Source: Octopus sinensis
Taxonomy: Eukaryota
Assembly: GCF_006345805.1 (NCBI RefSeq)
Contig: NC_043013.1
Location: forward strand, 16,120,001 to 16,184,000
Direction: 5' to 3'
Length of the DNA: 64,000 nt
Made by a program: the position numbers and the translations under genes. The notes beneath the pieces are model-generated. The model made no database searches and was not told where the DNA came from. It saw only the letters and a program-made list of their open reading frames with translations. Positions 54,596 through 64,000 of this stretch are shown piece by piece. The stretch's first letter is position 1; each line of letters opens with the position of its first letter.

Positions 54596-55273
54596 TGCTG
54601 TTGTACTATACAGCCATCATAGATGACGTTTAAAGATATGTTATTCTCACAAAGCGTTAGTCGGCCCAGTGCTTTAGTAGAAGATACTTACCAAAGTAGG
54701 CGCGCAATGGGATTGAACCCTGAATCTACCTTGTTGCAAAGCAAGCTCCTTAAACACAGCTATGCCACATGTTGCAATTCGTAATGAGTTGTGCTACTTT
54801 TACCGCCACCAGTAACGAAACACACATGCGCGCGCGCACATGCATATACAAATATGCACATACACACATATTCACACACACATACAAACATGCACATACA
54901 TGCGCGCGCGCGCACTCACATACATAATCCAAACATGTGACTGTCACACTTTTCCGACATGATATCTATTATTTAAAGAAGAAATGAAAAAAGCAAAAAA
55001 AAAATAATAAAAAAACCGTATTTCCTGTTATTTCAAAACATGAAAATATCAAAGATTGTTGATCTGACTTTTTGAAACAAAACCAAAAAAACATTTTAAA
55101 GGAAGCAATACAAATAGCAGCAGATCAGCGTAGAATTTATGTGGTAGAGAGATGTATTTCTAATAGATATTAATTGATAGGTCAGGGATCTGATAAGTGC
55201 TTGACTGCATTAACAGAAATAGAGATCGCAGTACACATGTAGAGTGATATATGCATGCACGTACAGACAGACA

Positions 55274-55318
<45 letters not shown>

Positions 55319-55382
55319 GTATGTATGTTCGCACTTATATGCACGCGCACACACACACGCATTCATACACTTATAGTATTTA

Positions 55383-56351
55383 AGTGGCGAGCTGGCAGAA
55401 ACGTTAGCACGCCGGATTAAATACTTAGCGGTATTTCGTCTGCCGCTACGTTCTGAGTTCAGATTCCGCCGAGGTCCACTTTGCCTTTCATCCTTTCGGG
55501 GTCGATAAATTAAGTACCAGTTACGCACTGGGGTCGTTGTAATCGACTTAATCCGCTTGTCTGTCCTTGTTTGTCCGCTCTGTGTTTAGCCCCTTGTGGG
55601 TAATAAAGAAATAGGTATTTCGTCTGCCGCTACGTTCTGAGTTCAAATACCATCGAGGTCGACTTTGCCTTTCATCCTTTCGAGGTCGATAAATTAAGTA
55701 CCAGTTACACACTGGGATCGATGTAATCGACTTAATCTCCTTGTCTGTCCTTGTTTGTCCCCACTATGTTTAGCCCCTTGTGGGTAATAAAAAAATAGGT
55801 ATTTCGTCTGCCGCTACGTTCTGAGTTCAAATACCATCGAGGTCGACTTTGCCTTTCATCCTTTCGAGGTCGATAAAATTAAGTACCAGTTACACACTGG
55901 GATCGATGTAATCGACTTAATCTCCTTGTCTGTCCTTGTTTGTCCCCACTATGTTTAGCCCCTTGTGGGTAATAAAAAAATAGGTATTTCGTCTGCCGCT
56001 ACGTTCTGAGTTCAAATTCCGCCGAGGTCGACTTTGCCTTTCATCCTTTCGGGGTCGATGAATTAAGTACCAATTACGCACTGGGATCGATGTAATCGAC
56101 TTAATCCCCTTGTCTGTCCTTGTTTGTCCCCACTATGTTTAGCCCCTTGTGGGTAATAAAAAAATAGGTATTTCGTCTGCCGCTACGTTCTGAGTTCAAA
56201 TTCCGCCGAGGTCGACTTTGCCTTTCATCCTTTCGGGGTCGATGAATTAAGTACCAATTACGCACTGGGATCGATGTAATCGACTTAATCCCCTTGTCTG
56301 TCCTTGTTTGTCCCCTCTATGTTTAGTCCCTTGTGGGCAGTAAAGAAATAA
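55383..56351 (+). repeat. Tandem array of five ~184-bp SINE family B units
   Basis: Units start at gtatttcgtc at 55431, 55615, 55799, 55984 and 56168. Only the first has the 5' head. Confidence 0.95.
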
Positions 56352-56720
56352 CACACTTATGGCACATATATATACATGCACACATATCGCCTGTTGCGGA
56401 AACAGCCGCAAGTTTTATGGCGCAAGGCATTTTTTTTTTCGGCCGACCTACCATCAATATCATCTTAATATAAAACCTAATAGTCGCTAGGATGATGATA
56501 CTGAAGAGAACGAGGAAGGCGACGACGATGAGAACGAAGGTTGAGATAACGATAATGATGATAGTGATGATAATGATGATGACGATGACAACGACAATGA
56601 TGATGATGATGAGAACGATGATTATAATAACGATAAGGAGAACGATGATGATGATGATGATGACGACGACGACGACGACGACGACGACGATGATGATGAT
56701 GATGACGGTGATGATGACGG

Positions 56721-56755
<35 letters not shown>

Positions 56756-57589
56756 GTGAAGCTGATGATGATGGTGATGATGATGATGATGATGAGGAGG
56801 AGGAGGAGGAAGCTATCTAGCGTAGGCACGAGGTCACAACTTTGCGGAGGAGGGGTAAATCTTTAAGTTCGATCGATTTGCGGTATTTTATCTGATGGGA
56901 TAAATTGACCCTGTTTGTATTTGATCTCCGACCATAAAGAGGCTTAGCTAAAATACCGCAGGCCATATTGCCCGGCGCTCTACCGAGTCTCACATCGACC
57001 ACTCTTTCCATCATCAAGCATTAGAGCACCGTAGGTCATAAATTTGTCGGTTTCGATCAGAGCTGAGCAGGGGAATAAGCGATAATAAAACAACATTAGC
57101 AGCAGCAACAACAGCAGTAGCAGCAGCAGCAGCAACAACAACAACGACAACAAAAACACTGCTCAGAGTTTCCCGGCAAGCCACAGATGAGAAGTAAATA
57201 CAGAAGATAATGATCGGATTCTACGTGCGTTCATTACTGTTAGAAATCGGATAGCTTCATTCAGACCCGGTGCTTTTCGCTAAATTCCGAACAGTGTACA
57301 TGAGTGTTTCTTCTGTGGGTGCGTGTGTGTATGTATGTGTGTGTGTGTATGTCCCCCCGAGTGTGTGTGTATACATACATACATACATACATACATGCAT
57401 ACATACATACATACATACATGCATACATACATACATACATGCATGCATGCATGCATACATACATATATACACACAATTATATGTATGTCATTGTTCAGTT
57501 TTAGTTCAAGATTTCTTGCCAATAGAGAAAGAGCCAGGTTGTAACCTAGATCCAAAGCTCCACCATTGGTATTTCAACAGGGTATTTTT

Positions 57590-57697
57590 GTATGTATGTA
57601 TGTATGTGTGTATGTATGTGTGTATGTATGTATGTGTGTATGTATATATATATGTATGTATGATGTATGTATGTATGTATGTATGTATACATGCATG

Positions 57698-57731
<34 letters not shown>

Positions 57732-58800
57732 TGTATGTATGTATGTATGTATGCAGCGCTGGACGTGGATCTTTTCGCTTTGACCGGCAGATTTTAAAAA
57801 TAATTTCTTTGTAACTAAACACTTTTAAACTTCGTATACTGGTAGTGTGTTACATAAAACATCTTTTTCTCATGGCTTTCTTGAGAAAATTCTGTAGTTT
57901 GTAAGCTATTTGTTGTTTAATTTCTTGCATTTCGGCAATTTCAACCAATCAATGACGTCTATTGTGATGAATACAATTTCTGCGGTTCTTTGTCAACAAC
58001 AATTATTTGCTGTTTGGTGGGATATGAAAGGTTTAGTCCACTTTGAACTTTTAAACCCAAACCAAACTATAACAAAGGAAATCTACTGCGAGCAGCTTGA
58101 GCGACTAAAGTCAGCGCTTGAAGAAAAACGACCATCTTTGGTCGAGACGAAAGGTGTCCTTCCATCAGGATAATGCTCAGCCACATACAGCGAGGATGAC
58201 GTTCCAAAGGCTGGAGCAGTTTGAATGGGAAACGGTGCCTCACCACCACATTTGCTGGATATTGCCCCATCTAATTATCATTTATTCCGCAGTCTTCAAA
58301 ATCATTTATACGGAAAAAATATGAATTCTGTAGACAAGGTCAGAACAGTACTGGAGTAGTATTTTTCGTCATGGACAAGTGAATTTTGGAAGAGGGGCCT
58401 TGCAAGTCTACCAGATAGATGGAAGAGCATTGAAGAAAAGGTCCGCAAAGTGGGCGCCACCCCCACCATCGGTGGGCGTTGAGATGGTCTAGGTGGGGGC
58501 TGGTGCTTAAGGGGGCGGGGTGTAGAGAAAAGGAGGCGCTGGGAGGAAGGCAGTGGATTTATGATATAATGTTGTACACAAATTATATAAAATATTAAAT
58601 ATTAAATGATTCATAGTATATATAAATTAGTAAAATATAAAATATTTATTTAAGCATAAAAATATGGGCGGGGGCGCTGAGGGCATTATGAGGCTATAAG
58701 AGGGGCAGCAGCCCAAAATGTTTCGGATTAAAAAAGAACTTTATCTTAATTTCGAAAAATAAAAGAAGTATAAAAACTGCATTATTTATGGGATGACCCA

Positions 58801-58831
<31 letters not shown>

Positions 58832-58929
58832 GTATGTGTGTATGTATGTGTGTATGTATGTATGTGTGTATGTATGTATATGTATGTATGTATGATGTAT
58901 GTATGTATGTATGTATGTATACATGCATG

Positions 58930-58963
<34 letters not shown>

Positions 58964-60028
58964 TGTATGTATGTATGTATGCAGCGCTGGACGTGGATCT
59001 TTTCGCTTTGACCGGCAGATTTTAAAAATAATTTCTTTGTAACTAAACACTTTTAAACTTCGTATACTGGTAGTGTGTTACATAAAACATCTTTTTCTCA
59101 TGGCTTTCTTGAGAAAATTCTGTAGTTTGTAAGCTATTTGTTGTTTAATTTCTTGCATTTCGGCAATTTCAACCAATCAATGACGTCTATTGTGATGAAT
59201 ACAATTTCTGCGGTTCTTTGTCAACAACAATTATTTGCTGTTTGGTGGGATATGAAAGGTTTAGTCCACTTTGAACTTTTAAACCCAAACCAAACTATAA
59301 CAAGGAAATCTACTGCGAGCAGCTTGAGCGACTAAAGTCAGCGCTTGAAGAAAAACGACCATCTTTGGTCGAGACGAAAGGTGTCCTTCCATCAGGATAA
59401 TGCTCAGCCACATACAGCGAGGATGACGTTCCAAAGGCTGGAGCAGTTTGAATGGGAAACGGTGCCTCACCACCACATTTGCTGGATATTGCCCCATCTA
59501 ATTATCATTTATTCCGCAGTCTTCAAAATCATTTATACGGAAAAAATATGAATTCTGTAGACAAGGTCAGAACAGTACTGGAGTAGTATTTTTCGTCATG
59601 GACAAGTGAATTTTGGAAGAGGGGCCTTGCAAGTCTACCAGATAGATGGAAGAGCATTGAAGAAAAGGTCCGCAAAGTGGGCGCCACCCCCACCATCGGT
59701 GGGCGTTGAGATGGTCTAGGTGGGGGCTGGTGCTTAAGGGGGCGGGGTGTAGAGAAAAGGAGGCGCTGGGAGGAAGGCAGTGGATTTATGATATAATGTT
59801 GTACACAAATTATATAAAATATTAAATATTAAATGATTCATAGTATATATAAATTAGTAAAATATAAAATATTTATTTAAGCATAAAAATATGGGCGGGG
59901 GCGCTGAGGGCATTATGAGGCTATAAGAGGGGCAGCAGCCCAAAATGTTTCGGATTAAAAAAGAACTTTATCTTAATTTCGAAAAATAAAAGAAGTATAA
60001 AAAACTGCATTATTTATGGGATGACCCA

Positions 60029-60040
<12 letters not shown>
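57590..60040. repeat. Near-perfect tandem duplication, period 1,228 bp
   Basis: gcagcgctgg at 57753 and 58981; ggatgaccca ending at 58800 and 60028. The only difference I noticed outside the microsatellite is a 1-bp indel. Breakpoints lie in (TATG)n. Confidence 0.95.
58006..58803 (+). mobile_element. Mariner 3' half (DDD domain remnant plus TIR) with a GC-rich insertion; duplicated at 59234-60031
   Basis: AVWWDMKGLVHFELL..TIT..YCEQLERLK..FHQDNAQPHTA..DIAP..YHLFRSL..LPDRWK. 3' TIR gcattatttatgggatgacccaata. Confidence 0.88.
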
Positions 60041-60059
<19 letters not shown>

Positions 60060-60336
60060 TGTATGCATGTATGTATGTATGTATGTATGTATGTATGCAT
60101 GTATGTATGTATGCATGTATATATGTATGTATGTACGTAGATGTATATAATGTTATGGCATATATTTTCTTTTAAATATTTGATTAATATCTAATTTACT
60201 TCTTCTTTCATTTAATTTGAATGAAATTATTTTTTTATTCTTTGCCATTTTCTTCTGCTAAATGTTTTCTTCTTTCCTGTACGTCGTCTTTTAAATCTCT
60301 TTCTTCTTCTTCTTCTTCTTCTTCTTCTGTACCCAG

Positions 60337-60611
60337 GAGATCCCAACACGAAACCATGGTTGGCTACATACGCTGGTTGGCGAGAAAAAGGTGACCCTTG
60401 TTTCGGCCGCTGGGTTCGAAATATCTGCGTGTTCGGAATTGGTGATATTCTTTACCTCACAGAAAAGAAACATTTATTCGCGAATAAGTTCTATGTGAAC
60501 CAGCAACCGTTAGCTTTAGATTGCATGGAAGAATGGCTGTTGAAGAAGGCTTGCAAACCTCTTGATCTGGATCTTTCCTATTACAAAGGACTTCCTTTTA
60601 TCAAGACATGA
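60337..60611 (+). CDS. GCNT-like: GCNT-like C-terminal coding exon (GDPNTKPWLATYAGW...CFGRWVRNICVFGIGD...LFANKF...LDCMEEW...stop)
   Basis: Acceptor (ctt)n-gtacccag| at 60336. Phase 1 matches the 34320 donor (G|GA = Gly). Encodes the GCNT C-terminal motifs C-x-G-x-x-x-R-x-I-C-V-F-G-x-G-D and LFANKF. TGA at 60609-60611. Joined CDS is 1,371 nt = 456 aa. Confidence 0.93.
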
Positions 60612-60859
60612 CAGCTGATATAAGATCAATGTATTTCATTCAGCCAGGATGCAAACAGTTGACAGGCAGGTTCGAGTCAAGAAGAAGTGCTCCAGTGATT
60701 GCTGGTTATGTTTGTCATAAATTATGATAATGTGTTTTTCCTTTATTTTTCATGATGGTTTTTGTATGTCTTTTATAATTTTTCATGATTAAAAAAAGAA
60801 AGAAAACAAAACATATTTTGATCGATCTATTTATTTTTCTGTCCATCTTCTGTTATGTG

Positions 60860-60911
<52 letters not shown>

Positions 60912-61364
60912 TTCTCTCTCTCTCTTTCTCTCTTTCTTTCTCTATCTCTCTCTCCCTCACGCACATACGCACACCTTCTCTCTCTTCCCTCACTTCCCTC
61001 TCTTCCCTCTTTTTCTCACTCTTACCCCCCTCACCCCTTCTTCATCCAGTAATCATCTGGATGTTCGCTGTATTTCACATCTGGCGATCTGTTATAGTCG
61101 TTTTACATCTGGTCTCATCATTATATGTATGTGTATGTGTCTTTGTGTTTGCCACCTTCACCGATGTTGGTTTGTTTACATCACTGTAACTTAGCGGTTT
61201 TGCAAAAGCGTCTCTTCCTCCCTTCCTCCCTTCCGCCTCTCCCTCCCCCACTTTCCCTCCCTACCCTCTCTGTTGATCCAGTAGTCATATAGAGGTCGCT
61301 TATAGCCATTTTACATTTCGTCTCACCATCGTACTCAGTGACATCTTAACATGATAGGCGTACT

Positions 61365-61590
61365 GAAGGCGGGCGAGCTGGCAGATTCATTAACACGCTG
61401 GGTAATATGCTTAAAGGCATTTCATCTATCTTTACGTTCTGAGTTCAAATTCCGCCGAGGTAGGCTTTGCCTTTCATCCTTTCGGGGTCGATAAAAAATA
61501 AATGTCAGTTGAGCACTGGGGTCGATGTAATCGACTTACAACCTCCCCCAGAACTTGCTGGCCCTGTGCAAAAAGTCGAAACCAATATCA
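61365..61590 (+). mobile_element. SINE family B variant with alternative tail
   Basis: B-type head and core, tail cccccagaacttgctggccctgtgcaaaaagtcgaaacc. A related copy lies at 63005-63210 (-). Confidence 0.7.
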
Positions 61591-62232
61591 TGAACACATT
61601 GGGCGGTTTCCCGAGGCCCCGTGGATGGAGGGGCCCCAGTGCTATTCCATATATGCTGTGGTTGAGTACGGAAAGACACCAAATCACTACTTTGCCCCGA
61701 CACAGGTACAGGGTAAGCGGGGAGGGGCTAAAATTCTGTTAAGAGGGTTCTGATCGTTTTACAAAACCACTTCAGTTTCCCCATCAGTTCCTCTCATCGA
61801 TTCCTTCTCCTTCAATTCCTTCCCTTCAATTCCCCCCCCCCATCATTTCCCAGTATACCACATTCTTACCCACCCACCCGGTTTCTTCCACAGCCTATAC
61901 TTCTCCAGTCTCTCCTCCTTTTACTACCCCCACCCCCACTGAAAACTTTTCAATCAACCACAGTCTCTAAACTACGCCCGTGTGCCACCACCACCTTTTT
62001 ATGCGAACACTGTGTCCCCCTCTGATTTTCATGCTACAAACACTTTACGCGGTCATGCGTTCTGCTAGAAATAGAAGTCATACTAAAAGATGCGTTTTTA
62101 GGTAGCGAAGGACGCACTGGATAATATAGTCTTAGATATGCAATGTTTAAATAAAAGGTGGGATGATCATAACTGCAACAACGTTGATTATAGGTTTACT
62201 AAACCAGGGTTAAACAGGTTTAGCAACAACAA

Positions 62233-62644
62233 GGCGAGTTGGCAGAAACGTTAGCACGCCGGGCGAAACGCATAGCCGTATTTCGCCTGCCGTTACGTTC
62301 TGAGTTCAAATTCCACCGAGGTCAACTTTGCCTTTCGTCCTTTCGGGGTCGATAAATTAAGTACCAGTTACGCACTGGGGTCGATGTAATCGACTTAATA
62401 CCTATGTCTGTCCTTGTTTGTCCCCTCTGTGTTTAGCCCCTTGTGGGTAATAAAGAAATACGTATTTCGCCTGCCGTTATGTTCTGAGTTCAAATTCCAC
62501 CGAGGTCGACTTTGCCTTTGATTCTTTCGGGGTCGATAAATTAAGCACCAGTTACGCACTGGGGTCGATGTAATCGACTTGATCCCCTTGTCTGTCCTTG
62601 TTTGTTCCCTCTATGTTTAGCCCCTTGTGGGCAATAAAGAAATA
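62233..62644 (+). mobile_element. Head-to-tail SINE family B dimer
   Basis: Junction aaagaaata|cgtatttcgcc at 62460/62461. Confidence 0.88.
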
Positions 62645-63421
62645 AGAAATAAGATCACCTCTTAAGCTATAGTTTCTCCCACTGCAACTACAATTTTCCC
62701 CATGCCACATCGATGATAAGCATTAGTCGATTCACTCAGCCATAACCTCTCCTTATTACGCAGAAGGCATGTCAACCTATAACACTTATCCATTGATCCA
62801 TATATATTCACTCCATCGCTGTTTCAATACAAACAAGGGGAGGCTATTCTTACTGAAGAGGTCAAAATAAGATGAAAACATATGCAAGGATTTCTTCTGA
62901 ACTTGCTGATAATAATAACATTTACTCCTTTTTTGACCATATATTTATTTCTAGATAGTTATATATATAAAAAAAACTGATATGAGTATTAAATATATTG
63001 GTTTCAGAATTTGGCACGAGGCCAGCAATTTTGTGGAAGGAGTAAGTCAATTACAAACCCCAGTGCTCAACTGGTACTAATTTTTATCGACTCCGAAAGG
63101 ATGAAAGGAAAATTCGGCCTGAACAGAATTTGAACTCGGTACCTAAAGACCGACGAAATTCTATTAAGCATTTTGCCCAGCGTACTATCGATTCTGCCAG
63201 TTCGCCGCCTTCGTGTATTAAACATAACCACGTACTCATAGATGAATGTACATACACAGACACAGATTAACGTGATGCATGTATGCATATGTGTGTGTGT
63301 GCATATACATGCACACACACACATATATATAGTTGAAATTTACAGAAAAAACAAAAGACGAAGGCAGGTGTATGAACAACAAACAGGTGTATTAGTTTGA
63401 CGCTCGGGAAAGTGAGAAAGT

Positions 63422-63457
63422 CTTTTACATTTCGAGCCAACGCTCCTCAACAGAAAG
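63422..63457 (-). ncRNA. Degenerate minimal hammerhead motif in a solo pLTR-like end (~63330-63490)
   Basis: CUUU-CUGUUGA-G-GAGC-GUUG-GCUC-GAAA-U-GUA/AAAG. Stems I and II are perfect; A6U and a CpG-decay change are present. Confidence 0.5.
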
Positions 63458-63539
63458 GAAGATGAGGAAATAAACAGAGAGAGAGGATAAAAAACTTGTG
63501 GATTTAGCGATCAATCATGGGACTCATGCTACATATATG

Positions 63540-63595
<56 letters not shown>

Positions 63596-64000
63596 TGTGT
63601 GTGTGTGTGCGTGTGTATGGGTTGGTGGGGATATCTTTGTGTCGGTGTTTGTCCCCAACACCGCTTGACAACCAATGTTGGAGTGTTTACGTCCATGTGA
63701 CTTAGTGGTTCTGAAGAAGGGGCCGATAGAATAAATACCAGACTAAAACAAAAAATACTGGAACTGATTCATTCCTCAAGGAGGTGCCCCAGCATTGCCG
63801 CACAGGACAAGAGAGTTTTTCTGCCCGCTTGGTCTCATTATCCGGTTATAACCAAAAATACAGCGGGCACGAACAACATGCATGTGTGCGTGCGGCGTGC
63901 ATGTTGCATGCGCGCGAGTGTGTGTGTGTGTGTTTTTGTCCGTGTGTATACTTATATGTGCAATTCTCTTTTAGAGCAGCGGATTTCGAAGGAGATAAAG

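Noticed and set aside
55383-56351. CRISPR-like or ribozyme-containing array
   Set aside because: The units are whole SINE bodies with no unique spacers, and I found no hammerhead core on either strand.
60788-60793. ATTAAA as the GCNT poly(A) signal
   Set aside because: It overlaps an A-run in very AT-rich sequence and cannot be supported without transcript data.

Overview
AT-rich, microsatellite-dense eukaryotic DNA; the SINE and microsatellite make-up suggests a coleoid cephalopod, probably Octopus (inference). It is a draft assembly with a 100-N gap and many indels in repeats. I can support one host gene: a core-2/I-branching beta-1,6-N-acetylglucosaminyltransferase (GCNT-like, GT14) on the + strand. 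Its CDS is split between a 1,096-nt exon (33225-34320) and a 275-nt exon (60337-60611) across a 26,016-nt phase-1 intron, giving 456 aa. The rest is transposon debris: about five tRNA-derived SINE families, two Penelope-like elements (PLEs) with GIY-YIG remnants and inverted pseudo-LTRs, and remnants of CR1-group, RTE, HERO-like, Helitron, mariner, Tigger and hAT elements. The most interesting observations: (i) seven hammerhead-ribozyme-like motifs from four PLE-type families at five loci, including a well-formed one with a long stem II; (ii) a perfect 36-bp fold-back palindrome at a PLE truncation junction; (iii) SINE tandem arrays sharing one junction at three separate loci; (iv) a minisatellite made from a reverse-transcriptase motif. 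Most listed ORFs are microsatellite artefacts. All family assignments are from motif recognition by eye, not database searches.
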